Assembly (NCBI RefSeq): GCF_000189555.1
Contig: NC_017276.1
Source of the DNA: Saccharolobus islandicus REY15A
GTDB lineage: Archaea; Thermoproteota; Thermoprotei_A; Sulfolobales; Sulfolobaceae
Direction: 5' to 3' (one strand)
Length of the DNA stretch: 64,000 nt
The translations under genes and the position numbers were made by a program. The notes beneath the pieces were generated by a model that saw only the letters and a program-made list of their open reading frames with translations, did no database searches and had not been told where the DNA came from. Within the stretch, counting starts at the first letter, position 1; every line of letters starts with the position of its first letter. Shown here piece after piece: positions 48,429-58,668 of the stretch.

Positions 48429-50111
48429 ATGGCATCTCCAGTCTTATTGCTTAAAGAGGGAACGAGTAGAACTACTGGTAGAGATGCGTTAAGGAACAAT
48501 ATACTTGCTGCAAAGACACTAGCCGAAATGTTAAGGAGTAGTTTAGGTCCTAAAGGTCTTGATAAAATGTTAATTGATAGTTTCGGTGACGTAACCATAA
48601 CTAATGATGGCGCTACAATAGTAAAGGATATGGAGATACAGCATCCAGCAGCAAAGCTATTAGTAGAAGCAGCTAAAGCACAAGATGCTGAAGTAGGTGA
48701 TGGTACTACAAGCGCTGTAGTATTAGCTGGTGCTCTATTGGAGAAAGCTGAAAGTTTATTGGATCAAAATATACATCCAACAATAATCATTGAGGGGTAT
48801 AAGAAGGCATATACCAAGGCCTTGGAGTTACTTCCACAGTTAGGAACCAAGATCGATATAAGGGATTTGAATTCTTCAGTTTCTAGGGATACTCTAAGAA
48901 AGATAGCATTTACTACACTAGCAAGTAAGTTTATTGCAGAAGGTGCTGAATTAAATAAAATAATTGACATGGTAATAGACGCAATAGTTAATGTTGCAGA
49001 ACCTCTACCTAATGGTGGTTATAATGTGAGTTTAGACTTAATAAAGATAGATAAGAAGAAAGGTGGAAGTATAGAGGATAGCGTCTTAGTTAAAGGACTA
49101 GTATTAGATAAGGAGGTTGTGCACCCTGGAATGCCTAGAAGAGTCACTAAAGCCAAGATAGCTGTTTTGGATGCAGCATTAGAGGTAGAAAAACCTGAAA
49201 TCTCAGCTAAGATAAGTATAACATCACCAGAGCAAATCAAGGCTTTCTTAGATGAGGAATCCAAATATCTTAAGGACATGGTTGATAAACTAGCGTCAAT
49301 AGGTGCTAACGTTGTAATATGCCAGAAAGGTATTGATGATATCGCACAGCACTTCTTAGCTAAGAAAGGTATATTGGCTGTAAGAAGGGTTAAGAGGAGC
49401 GATATAGAGAAATTAGAGAAGGCATTAGGCGCGAGAATAATAAGCAGCATTAAAGACGCTACTCCCGATGATTTAGGATACGCTGAATTAGTTGAGGAAA
49501 GGAGAGTTGGAAATGACAAAATGGTATTTATAGAAGGTGCTAAGAACTTGAAAGCCGTAAATATCTTGTTAAGAGGTTCAAATGATATGGCATTAGATGA
49601 GGCTGAGAGGAGTATAAATGACGCATTGCATGCTCTGAGGAACATATTATTAGAGCCAGTAATATTGCCAGGTGGTGGTGCTATCGAGTTAGAATTAGCG
49701 ATGAAATTAAGAGAGTATGCTAGAAGTGTAGGAGGTAAGGAGCAATTAGCTATAGAAGCATTTGCAGATGCATTAGAGGAGATACCTATGATTTTAGCTG
49801 AAACTGCAGGGCTGGAGGCTATATCTGCACTAATGGACTTAAGAGCTAGACACGCTAAGGGATTAACCAATACTGGTGTAGATGTAATAGGTGGGAAGAT
49901 CGTAGACGATGTATATGCCTTAAACATCATTGAGCCTATAAGAGTAAAGGCTCAAGTGTTAAAGAGCGCAACAGAGGCAGCTACAGCAATATTAAAGATT
50001 GATGACCTAATAGCTGCAGCTCCATTAAAGAGCGAGAAGAAAGGTGGAGAAGGAAGTAAAGAAGAAAGTGGTGGAGAAGGAGGAGCTGGTACTCCATCTT
50101 TAGGAGACTGA
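48429..50111 (+). CDS. thsA: Thermosome subunit alpha (group II chaperonin)
   Basis: [34 protein letters not shown]; SD GTGAGGT. Confidence 0.95.
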   Translation: MASPVLLLKEGTSRTTGRDALRNNILAAKTLAEMLRSSLGPKGLDKMLIDSFGDVTITNDGATIVKDMEIQHPAAKLLVEAAKAQDAEVGDGTTSAVVLAGALLEKAESLLDQNIHPTIIIEGYKKAYTKALELLPQLGTKIDIRDLNSSVSRDTLRKIAFTTLASKFIAEGAELNKIIDMVIDAIVNVAEPLPNGGYNVSLDLIKIDKKKGGSIEDSVLVKGLVLDKEVVHPGMPRRVTKAKIAVLDAALEVEKPEISAKISITSPEQIKAFLDEESKYLKDMVDKLASIGANVVICQKGIDDIAQHFLAKKGILAVRRVKRSDIEKLEKALGARIISSIKDATPDDLGYAELVEERRVGNDKMVFIEGAKNLKAVNILLRGSNDMALDEAERSINDALHALRNILLEPVILPGGGAIELELAMKLREYARSVGGKEQLAIEAFADALEEIPMILAETAGLEAISALMDLRARHAKGLTNTGVDVIGGKIVDDVYALNIIEPIRVKAQVLKSATEAATAILKIDDLIAAAPLKSEKKGGEGSKEESGGEGGAGTPSLGD

Positions 50112-50471
50112 ATATTTTTTATTAACTGAAACTTTAACGTTAGACTCTTCAGTGTTTTCTGTATATCCGTTTATTTCTTCCAACATTTTATCTGCTACTT
50201 TTTTTATGTCTTCGTCTGTATAATTATCTTTTATAGCTTCTAATAGTTTCTTTGTTACATCTGGGCCTAAAATTAAGCTAAGTTCTGTGAAGTCTGGACT
50301 TAATAGGAAATCTATTAGTTTTTTTGGATTTCCTCCGTAGGAGGAGAAGTTGTATTTAACTTCTGCCTCTCCTAAAATTCTTCTTGCTTCGTCTAACCTT
50401 TTCGAATCTATTGATAGTGGCGATAGGATCTTACTGGCTACATGTCTAAGGAAGTCCGGTTGATTCAACAT
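50100..50471 (-). CDS. Hypothetical protein
   Basis: 123 aa helical ORF with normal composition. Confidence 0.65.
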   Translation of the reverse strand: MLNQPDFLRHVASKILSPLSIDSKRLDEARRILGEAEVKYNFSSYGGNPKKLIDFLLSPDFTELSLILGPDVTKKLLEAIKDNYTDEDIKKVADKMLEEINGYTENTEESNVKVSVNKKYSVS

Positions 50472-50726
50472 TGTCGCCTAATAATGTTAATCTAAAACAC
50501 AGTAATATAAGTATACATTCATGATCTAGCTTCCTTCCCGCCTTAAAAGCTTTCGGCCTCATTCTTTATAAGACTTGGCTATTAAGAGATATTAATTATT
50601 TAATATTAGAAATATTTACTGCTCTATGCTATAACGCGTTGGTATAATGAAGAATGAAATTGATTTTAAAAATTCGCATAATGTTTAAAAGTAAGAAATG
50701 AGAAATGAACGTGAGTGTGTATTAGT

Positions 50727-51032
50727 ATGAGTAATGAGACTAAGAAGAGAGGTAAGAAGTCGGCTTCCAATTCTGGTAACGTAGAAAACAAACTAAAGGT
50801 AGTCTATTCCGATAAAGACGTTATAGTAATGACTGCGCCAAATGAGGATGAATTAAAACAAATATTACTTGACTTATTAAATGAAAAGCCAATGAACCTA
50901 AAGGAATTACACAGTATGTTATCTGGAATTGCAAGCGAGGATAAGATAAGAAGAGCACTAGCGGATCTAGTTGAAAAAGGTAAAATTAACTTATCAGAAG
51001 ACGGTAGGTATGTTAAGTTAGGTACCGAGTAA
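50727..51032 (+). CDS. Winged-helix (ArsR-like) DNA-binding protein
   Basis: ILLDLLNEKPMNLKELHSML...KIRRALADLVEKGKI; ATG at 50727 preferred. Confidence 0.7.
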   Translation: MSNETKKRGKKSASNSGNVENKLKVVYSDKDVIVMTAPNEDELKQILLDLLNEKPMNLKELHSMLSGIASEDKIRRALADLVEKGKINLSEDGRYVKLGTE

Positions 51033-51410
51033 GGTCCTATATGGACATCTTTGGAATTCTTTGTTACATAATATGGTCTGTCGTGTTACTAAAACCCTTT
51101 TAATTGCATTGCAATACGCAATGAATCCTTTTTCACTCTTTATGAGCTGGTAATGTTCGCAACCGCTGTCTATAATATTTTCTAATGCGTTTATTTTTGG
51201 GTAAAATCTAATCTCTTGCTCAATGGTTTTATCTTCATTAAATTTCTCTAACCCCCTTTTGCTATCGCTCCCGTCGTCTAAGAAATATCTACAAGTTTTA
51301 AATTGACCAAAGCATCTATTGTTAGAAGTTACTATATCAGAAGGCTTATCTAATGCAGGTGATGTGCAGTAGCCATTCTTGTAATAGGGACATACGTTAT
51401 GTTTCTGCAA
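51018..51410 (-). CDS. Hypothetical protein with two four-Cys motifs
   Basis: CPYY..C..C..CRYF and CEHY..C..C..CPY. Confidence 0.7.
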   Translation of the reverse strand: MQKHNVCPYYKNGYCTSPALDKPSDIVTSNNRCFGQFKTCRYFLDDGSDSKRGLEKFNEDKTIEQEIRFYPKINALENIIDSGCEHYQLIKSEKGFIAYCNAIKRVLVTRQTILCNKEFQRCPYRTLLGT

Positions 51411-51600
51411 CTTCTCTCACAATTACATGTACTCCAACTAGATCACTTTCATCTTTATTTTCAGTCCACTGTGGCAAATGTAACCTAGTTATTACAATGT
51501 CATCCCCTATATGACTTAATGATTTTTTAATTTCTTGCTCATTAATTCTGGGATTTCCACTATAATCCTCTACTATTAGGATTTCCACCCTTTTCTTCAT
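51397..51600 (-). CDS. Small hypothetical protein
   Basis: 67 aa, overlapping the downstream gene by 14 nt. Confidence 0.55.
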   Translation of the reverse strand: MKKRVEILIVEDYSGNPRINEQEIKKSLSHIGDDIVITRLHLPQWTENKDESDLVGVHVIVREVAET

Positions 51601-51654
51601 GGTTATATGATTCTAGTGAGTAAATATTAAAAGTTATAAGGCATAAAACGTGAT

Positions 51655-53532
51655 GTGGATATAATAGGAAGAGCTAAGAAAGAATTGGCGGAATATGTCG
51701 CTGCACAATTAGGTATAAGCGAGGAGGAAGTCTTTAAAAATATTACATATCCTCCTAGGGAAGAACTTGGCGACTTATCATTAGCGTTACCATCATTAAT
51801 AAAGGGAAATATAAATGAGAAAGCGAAATTATTACAAGAATATAAAGGTGAGTTAATAGAGAGGATAGAAGTAGCCGGAATATATCTTAATGCGAGGCTT
51901 AATCTAAGAAATCTTTTCGTGAGTATCTTTAGCAAACTAGACGATAGTTATGGACTGGAAAAAATCGAAAAGCCAAAAAGAATAGTAGTTGAACACACGA
52001 GCGCTAATCCTATACATCCGTTACATATAGGCCATTTGAGAAATACGATACTTGGAGATGCGCTTGCTAGAGCGTTAAAAGCTAGAGGTCACTCAGTTAA
52101 TGTTAGGTTTTACGTTAACGATACTGGGAGGCAAGTTGCAGTTCTAATTTACGGCCTAAAACTTTTAGGTTTTCCTGATCCAGAGCCAAATGTAAAGAAG
52201 GATCTATGGTTGGGTATAATATATGCCATGACTAATGTAATTTTAGAAATTAGGAAGTTGAGAGAGGAGTTAAAGAAACTTTCAGAGTCAGAGTATAGGG
52301 AGAAAGTGAGAGAACTAGATGAGCTAATAGTAATAGCGAATGATCTAAGGAATAGAAATGAGGTACTTTTCGATAAGTTAGCAGACGCTATAAATGCTAA
52401 GGAGGAGCCGGAGAAGGAGATAGGAGAAATCATAAAGAAATACGAAGAGGGTAATGATGAACTAAAGGGGATTATTAGAAAGTACATTAGTTATGCGCTA
52501 GAAGGCTTTAGTGAAACGTTATCCAAACTTAATATAAGATTTGACAATTTTGACTATGAGAGTGACTTGTTATGGGAGAATATGGTTAATGAAGTATTAA
52601 AGGCCTTATTGTCTTCCTCGGCTAAAATACCATATAAGGGAGTAATAGCATTGGACTTAGATAGTTTCTTAGGTGATGAAGCTAGATCTAAGTTGAGAAT
52701 TCCAAAAGGGCTCAAGATACCTCCTTTAGTGTTGATGAGATCCGATGGAACTACATTGTATACCGTTAGGGATATTGCGTATACAATTTTCAAATTTAAT
52801 CAGTTTAATGCAGATTTTGTTATAAATGTGATCGCAGAAGAACAATACATTCCGCAAATACAATTAAGAGGTGCTCTAGAGTTACTCGGATATTCGAGAT
52901 TTGCGGAAAATTTATTGCATTATTCATATGGGATGGTTAACATCCAAGGACTAAGAATGAGTGGAAGACTAGGAAAGATAATAACCATTGACGAGATATA
53001 TGAAAAACTAGATAACATAGTTAGAAATAAGCTGAAAGAGAAAGGTGGTAATATGGAAAATATTGATGATATAGCAAATGCAGCGCTTAGATACGCAATT
53101 TTGTCAGTTTCTGCAAATAAGCCTTTATCATTTGATTTAAACAGGATAACCAGCTTTGAGCAGAACAGTGGACCTTATTTACAATATACTTATGCTAGAG
53201 CTGCTAACATATTAGCTAAATCTACTGAAAACTTATCTATGGATAAGGTAGACTTTAGTGATTTAGTTGGAGATAAGAGGAACATATTAATCTTGATAGC
53301 TAAATTCCCCGAGGTATTCAAGAATGCTGTAGATAACTTAAGGTTAGAAGATTTAGTAGCATTTCTGAGAGAATTATCTGACATATTCAATAGTTGGTAT
53401 GATAAAGAGAGAGTACTACAAGAACAAGATCCAAGGAAGAGAATGTTAAGATTATATATAGTAAAAGGAGTGTCAGTTGTATTAAAGAACGGGTTAAGCG
53501 TCTTAGGTATAAGGAGCTTAGAAAGGATGTAA
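51655..53532 (+). CDS. argS: Arginine--tRNA ligase
   Basis: VEHTSANPIHPLHIGHLRN, RSDGTTLY, MSGRLG, GPYLQYTYARA. Confidence 0.97.
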   Translation: MDIIGRAKKELAEYVAAQLGISEEEVFKNITYPPREELGDLSLALPSLIKGNINEKAKLLQEYKGELIERIEVAGIYLNARLNLRNLFVSIFSKLDDSYGLEKIEKPKRIVVEHTSANPIHPLHIGHLRNTILGDALARALKARGHSVNVRFYVNDTGRQVAVLIYGLKLLGFPDPEPNVKKDLWLGIIYAMTNVILEIRKLREELKKLSESEYREKVRELDELIVIANDLRNRNEVLFDKLADAINAKEEPEKEIGEIIKKYEEGNDELKGIIRKYISYALEGFSETLSKLNIRFDNFDYESDLLWENMVNEVLKALLSSSAKIPYKGVIALDLDSFLGDEARSKLRIPKGLKIPPLVLMRSDGTTLYTVRDIAYTIFKFNQFNADFVINVIAEEQYIPQIQLRGALELLGYSRFAENLLHYSYGMVNIQGLRMSGRLGKIITIDEIYEKLDNIVRNKLKEKGGNMENIDDIANAALRYAILSVSANKPLSFDLNRITSFEQNSGPYLQYTYARAANILAKSTENLSMDKVDFSDLVGDKRNILILIAKFPEVFKNAVDNLRLEDLVAFLRELSDIFNSWYDKERVLQEQDPRKRMLRLYIVKGVSVVLKNGLSVLGIRSLERM

Positions 53533-53722
53533 TTAGTTAAAATGAAATACAGAGGATATTTTTCTAACTGGTAGATATTAATCATTAATATAGACATCAC
53601 TAGAGTTTTGTTACTGATAATATTTTGAAGTCTAGTTAAAATGGAGTATATATGTTATACCATGAAGGCTGGTATTTAACTCTAAAATCTTATAATTAAA
53701 TATGGTAGAGAGTATCATAAGG

Positions 53723-53797
<75 letters not shown>

Positions 53798-54106
53798 TAC
53801 ACTTAAAGTGTGAAATAGTTCACGTCCGTTGCTTCAAAGCTAATGAAGAATTTTAGTTTTATTTATAGTGATAAGACTTACAACATTGGTTTAACTGGGG
53901 AGTTAATTACGGGCTATAAGCTTTTGCAAACTCCAGCTATAGTCTAAAAAAGTAAAATATTTCAGCAATTAACCAACTAGAGATAATTATTTACTAATCC
54001 TTGAAATATAGTGATATTTAGATATTATTTCTGAGAATTAGTATTCATTCAATATATTCTAAAACATTTAATCTTATAGATGAAATTTAATTGAGTTTAA
54101 AAACAG

Positions 54107-54191
54107 TGCGGGGGACGGGATTTGAACCCGTGCAGGCCTTCGCCAGCAGGGCCTAAGCCTGCCCCCTTTGACCTAGCTCGGGCACCCCCGC
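54107..54191 (-). tRNA. tRNA-Leu (anticodon UAG), long variable arm
   Basis: Acceptor GCGGGGG/CCCCCGC plus discriminator A, anticodon arm GCAGG-CTTAGGC-CCTGC, T arm ACGGG-TTCAAAT-CCCGT. Confidence 0.96.
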
Positions 54192-54224
54192 GCATTATAA
54201 AATAAAAATTGAGATTTAAAAAAG

Positions 54225-54494
54225 CTAGTCCTTTACTGTCTCTAAAATGGAAACAACGTTCCAGATGGAAATTCTAGCATGAGTAGGCATATTAGGATCT
54301 TGACTTATATCTTCCAAAATTCCAATCGCGTTTGCAGCCCTTACTGCAGGACTTAAACCAAGGTCTTGAAGATTTCTTATTGCATCAGTTGCTGCTCTTC
54401 TAATGTTTCTGGGAACGCTCGTATCATTAACTATCTTCTGTAATAAAATTACTGCTTGTTTTATCTTAGCTTCATTGTCATAAGGCATTGACAT
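54225..54494 (-). CDS. UPF0147 family protein
   Basis: [15 protein letters not shown] and [17 protein letters not shown] signatures. Confidence 0.9.
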
Positions 54495-54544
54495 GTCAAA
54501 ACACCTCTATTACTTTTTAATATTAGGGAGTTTAAGAATTATTT

Positions 54545-54901
54545 ATGACTAACGAAAGTGAGGTAGGTGTTAAGAAGGCTGCTGAACTTTTACGTCAAGG
54601 CGCTACAATGTTAGAAGAGGCTTGTCCTATATGCAAAATGCCGCTATTTAAATTGAAAAATGGTGATGTTGTATGTCCAGTTCACGGGAAAGTTTATATA
54701 GTGAAGAGTGATGATGAGGAGAAGATCGTAAAGAGAAATTTGCAGTTAGATGAAATAGAAAATATACTGATTGATAGTCTATATTTAAGCGCAAAAAAGA
54801 TGAAGGAGGATCCATTAGATTCTGAAAGGATAATTCAGATCATAAGGTATTTAGATGCATTAGAACGATTAAGGAAGATTAAAATAAATTCTTCTGAATA
54901 A
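54545..54901 (+). CDS. UPF0148 / Sjogren autoantigen-1-like zinc-ribbon protein
   Basis: [24 protein letters not shown]...VVCPVHG. Confidence 0.88.
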   Translation: MTNESEVGVKKAAELLRQGATMLEEACPICKMPLFKLKNGDVVCPVHGKVYIVKSDDEEKIVKRNLQLDEIENILIDSLYLSAKKMKEDPLDSERIIQIIRYLDALERLRKIKINSSE

Positions 54902-55448
54902 TTTTTATTGCTTGTTCTAATACTTCATTCTTATCCTTGCTTGCATCTACTATGTAGAAATTATATTCTTTTGCAAGTTTTAGGTATTTTTCCCTAACTT
55001 TTGCAAGGCTTTTAATCTTTTCTTCAAAGTTGAATTTATCATTTTTTATTCTACTGATAGCAACCTCAATTGGTAAGTCTAATAATATTACCATATCTGG
55101 TTTAGGGAAATAGGAATTCACCATTTTTATCCATTGCTCATCTACTCCTAGAGCCCCTTGATAGGCTATGCTGGAGAAATAATATCTATCAAGTATTATT
55201 AGATCAGCATCCTTTATTTTAGATAGCCAATTAACGTGTATTTCTCGGTCTGCTGCAAAGAGCAATACTAATAGGATTGGATCATTCCAGCCAATTTTTT
55301 CTATTAACTTTATTATATCTTCAGAAAATGGCTCTCTCGTAACAATTACGTTCAGTTTCATTTTAGATTCTAGATGCTCCTTTAATAGATTCGCAAGTGT
55401 TGTTTTGCCTGACCCATCTATTCCTTCAATTGCAATTAGCTTTTGCAT
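54879..55448 (-). CDS. tmk: Thymidylate kinase
   Basis: [36 protein letters not shown]. Confidence 0.96.
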   Translation of the reverse strand: MQKLIAIEGIDGSGKTTLANLLKEHLESKMKLNVIVTREPFSEDIIKLIEKIGWNDPILLVLLFAADREIHVNWLSKIKDADLIILDRYYFSSIAYQGALGVDEQWIKMVNSYFPKPDMVILLDLPIEVAISRIKNDKFNFEEKIKSLAKVREKYLKLAKEYNFYIVDASKDKNEVLEQAIKIIQKNLF

Positions 55449-56518
55449 TTTCTAAATCTAATTCTTCTTTCCTCAAATTTATCATTTAAGCTAATATACC
55501 CTAAAACTAATCCTGTAAACTTGTTTACTCTACTTAGTATTGTTATTTCGTTTTCTTTTAGGTCATCTAATAGGGCGGCTCCTATGACTTTCTTATTTTC
55601 TATTATGCCTAGTAATGCTCCTTTTAGTAAATTAAGTGGTATATAATAGCCTGCACATGGTTTTTCGTCTGACAATTGTATATACTCTCCCCATGCACAG
55701 TATAGAATGTTTGATATTTGTTTTCCCAATAAATTTTCAGATAGGGTTTTTATGTTTTTTGCTTCCTTAAAATATCTCTCATATTTTGCTATTCTATTTG
55801 CTTTTCTTTCAGATCTAGACTTATGCAGATTTACACTTTTTAAAAGAATTGCTTTGTTTCTATAATTTTCAGGTAATGAATCTTTTATTTTCTGATCAAA
55901 TACTATTATATAATCAGGATCTATTGTGTATATTAATTCGAATTTGTGTAACATTGAATTTAGTCCAACAGTCCACCCATCAGTATCTATTACTGTTAGT
56001 CTTTCCTTTGGTGTTGTTTCATAGAGTCTCAATATTTTTTGAACATGTAGTCTAGGATTCGTTGAAGGTGTTATATCTCCAAAGAATTCTAGAGTATCAT
56101 ATCCAAGCTCCTCTAGATTAAGGGTTTTTCTCATCGGTTTTAATTCTGCTATGAAGGTTGGTAGAAATAAAGTGGATTGCCCAACATCTGCATCTATAAT
56201 CTTCAAGTAAGAAGTGGCAAGATTGGTGAATAGATTGGTCAAGTAAGTTTTTCCGGAATCTACATTTCCTAGAAGCACTACTACTCCTACTGTGTTTATA
56301 ATCTCTTCAACTATTTCATCCCATCTTAAATTTAAATTGTCTAACAGCTTTTTACAATCCGTCTCTAACCTTGTATTTTCATCATAAACAATAGTATACG
56401 TCTTATCTGATGGTATTGTTAACAAATCGTTTTTCTGTATCTCTATTCCGAGTATTCTAGCCTCTCCCTCTAAAACTTTTATTGTACAAGGCCCTTGTAT
56501 TATCTGTTCTTTTTTCAT
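55436..56518 (-). CDS. Clp1/Grc3-family polynucleotide 5'-hydroxyl kinase
   Basis: Walker A GNVDSGKT, DADVGQS, FFGDITPS, IDTDGW. Confidence 0.85.
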   Translation of the reverse strand: MKKEQIIQGPCTIKVLEGEARILGIEIQKNDLLTIPSDKTYTIVYDENTRLETDCKKLLDNLNLRWDEIVEEIINTVGVVVLLGNVDSGKTYLTNLFTNLATSYLKIIDADVGQSTLFLPTFIAELKPMRKTLNLEELGYDTLEFFGDITPSTNPRLHVQKILRLYETTPKERLTVIDTDGWTVGLNSMLHKFELIYTIDPDYIIVFDQKIKDSLPENYRNKAILLKSVNLHKSRSERKANRIAKYERYFKEAKNIKTLSENLLGKQISNILYCAWGEYIQLSDEKPCAGYYIPLNLLKGALLGIIENKKVIGAALLDDLKENEITILSRVNKFTGLVLGYISLNDKFEERRIRFRKCKS

Positions 56519-57048
56519 GAAGATGCCCTTAAGGCTATACTATACGCTGCTCTTATGTCTTTATCCTTTATCTGATTAAAGGGTGATTTCGCATTTGTGT
56601 ACTTCTCATCTATACTCTTTACATTTTCATAGATCATTGAGAGAACACTATATATTTCTTTTCCATATTTATTTCCAATACCTACTCCTATTATTTTTCT
56701 TTTTGCTGGGTATGTAATTAGGATTTCACTAATTGCGTTAATTAAAGGTTGAAGTCCATAAGATCTTCTATATTCTATCAATTCTCCATCTATGAGTGCA
56801 ACAACAGTTAGATAGGGTGAATTGGTATCTATGCCTATTAGTAGTTCGTTGAATTCTTGTTTTCCCCTTGAGATAGCTATTATACGGCCCACATATCTAA
56901 GAATATCACTTCTTTCCTTTACTGAATCTATTACTATTTTCACTTCTCCATTCTCAGAAATCTGTATATTTCTTCTCTTTAGTTCATCTAATATGTTCTT
57001 ATATACTTTAGGAGAATCAGTGATAATTGCTACATTTTTTATTTTCAC
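56515..57048 (-). CDS. Hypothetical protein (possible RNase H-like fold)
   Basis: LLIGIDTNSPYLTVVALIDG, IGVGIGN, IDEKYT and DIRAAYSIA resemble YqgF/RuvC-like elements. Confidence 0.5.
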   Translation of the reverse strand: MKIKNVAIITDSPKVYKNILDELKRRNIQISENGEVKIVIDSVKERSDILRYVGRIIAISRGKQEFNELLIGIDTNSPYLTVVALIDGELIEYRRSYGLQPLINAISEILITYPAKRKIIGVGIGNKYGKEIYSVLSMIYENVKSIDEKYTNAKSPFNQIKDKDIRAAYSIALRASS

Positions 57049-57080
57049 ATGTAAGATGTTTATTTAGTGAGTTATAAGCT

Positions 57081-57608
57081 TTGAATTTGTCAACATTTGT
57101 ATTTGAAAGGGGAAATTTGGTGTCAATATACGGCGAGTCTGGGGTAGGAAAGACTAGTCTTTCGTTAGAATTGGCCTTGCAAATAAGGACTTCCGTTTTC
57201 ATCTCGACTGAAGGTTCTCTTTTCGAGGCTAGGTTAGAAAAGATTAAGGTTGGTCAAGGAGTTTATTTCGCTTCTGTTAAAAGCAATATTGAACTATTTA
57301 ATGGAATAATCAATTCTTTGGAATATAAGCCCAGTCTTATAGTAGTTGACACAATTAATACGTTTTATAGATATGAACGGAATGTACATAGTTTCTTAAA
57401 GCTATTAATTATTTTGAGGTCGATCGCCCAGTCTAACGTAAAAATTCTATTAGTTTGGGAAGTATCAGCCAATAATAAGGTGGCTGGGGAAAAATTTATG
57501 CGAAAGTTCTCCGATGATGTTTTGAGGATTACTAAATCTTATATTATAGGTAACCTTAGGAGATGTAAATTTAAGATAACTGAAAGGGGTGTAATTGGTT
57601 GTCTATAG
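57081..57608 (+). CDS. RadA/RecA paralog (aRadC type, ATPase core only)
   Basis: Walker A GESGVGKT, Walker B LIVVD; 175 aa with no N-terminal HhH domain. Confidence 0.8.
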
Positions 57609-58099
57609 CATACGATCTTTTATTATCAATTCTCATATATCTACCTGCATTTGTCGCTAATGGAAGTGGTCCATTCATTAAAAGGGGGACTCCAATAGAT
57701 TTTGGTAAGAATTTCGTAGATGGGAGGAGACTATTTGGAGATGGGAAGACCTTTGAGGGCCTAATTGTTGCATTAACTTTCGGTACTACAGTAGGTGTTA
57801 TTATATCTAAATTTTTTACAGCTGAGTGGACTCTTATATCGTTTTTAGAGTCCTTATTCGCAATGATAGGGGATATGATTGGTGCCTTTATAAAGAGGAG
57901 ACTTGGTATACCTAGGGGTGGAAGGGTTTTAGGTTTAGATCAATTAGATTTTGTCTTAGGAGCTTCTCTAATACTTGTGTTGATGCGTGTAAATATTACG
58001 TGGTATCAGTTTTTGTTCATATGTGGATTAGCTTTCTTTTTGCATCAAGGGACAAACTACGTTGCTTATTTGCTAAAAATTAAAAATGTCCCATGGTGA
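57599..58099 (+). CDS. carS: CDP-archaeol synthase
   Basis: [46 protein letters not shown]. Confidence 0.92.
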
Positions 58100-58108
58100 A
58101 GTAATATC

Positions 58109-58438
58109 ATGCCAAAAAAGTATAACAGACTTTACAACGAGGTTATAAATAGCTATGTAATTTTGATTCTAATATTTATTTTAATTATTGGTATATTGGG
58201 AGTCATTGCTTTTCCCTATTATATTTCACCGTTAAATAACGGACAAGCATTAAATAGTGCTGGTTACCTTGCGCTAGGAGTTATTATAATAATATTTTTG
58301 CTCTTGGGAGTTTACTTCATGGAGAGAAACGAGCATAGTTTAGGTGCAATGTCAATTCTAATTTCGCTTATAATTTTGGTTTTAGCCATATGGTCTATAT
58401 ACGGAATTAATGCAGTAAAATCTATATTTGGGATATGA
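58109..58438 (+). CDS. Hypothetical membrane protein (3 TM)
   Basis: Three strongly hydrophobic segments. Confidence 0.7.
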   Translation: MPKKYNRLYNEVINSYVILILIFILIIGILGVIAFPYYISPLNNGQALNSAGYLALGVIIIIFLLLGVYFMERNEHSLGAMSILISLIILVLAIWSIYGINAVKSIFGI

Positions 58439-58449
58439 GATGATAACCC

Positions 58450-58668
58450 ATGGAAATGTTAAAGATAAAGCTTTCAAGTGGTAGAGAAGTAGAGATAAAC
58501 GATGATGTAATAGCGGTTCTTAACGAATACGTAAGAACACAGATGACACTGGAAGAGCTATCAAAAAGGTTAGGTCTCTCCGGTTGGGAAGAAGCTTACG
58601 AATTAATAAAGCAAGTACCAGCATGGGTAATGTGGTCTCCTCTGCCAATATATAAGAAATTAGCTTAG
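58450..58668 (+). CDS. Small HTH-like hypothetical protein
   Basis: QMTLEELSKRLGLSGWEEAYELI. Confidence 0.7.
   Translation: MEMLKIKLSSGREVEINDDVIAVLNEYVRTQMTLEELSKRLGLSGWEEAYELIKQVPAWVMWSPLPIYKKLA

Noticed and set aside
49019-49930. 303-aa ORF antisense to thermosome alpha
   Set aside because: It is a shadow of a highly expressed gene's codon pattern, with no recognisable motifs or promoter. The same applies to the other short antisense ORFs in the track (e.g. 32704-33168, 39180-39584, 24756-25151, 53190-53600).
50472-50714. ncRNA in the 240-bp intergenic region (GCC/GGC hairpin, ATATTAA inverted repeat)
   Set aside because: No complete C/D, H/ACA or tRNA-like structure. It is consistent with divergent promoters, and the AT-only palindrome is weak evidence.
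53534-53643. 11-bp direct repeat TAGTTAAAATG (53534-53544, 53633-53643) as a target-site duplication of a MITE
   Set aside because: No terminal inverted repeats are visible in the enclosed 88 bp, and the sequence is very AT-rich, so chance is plausible.
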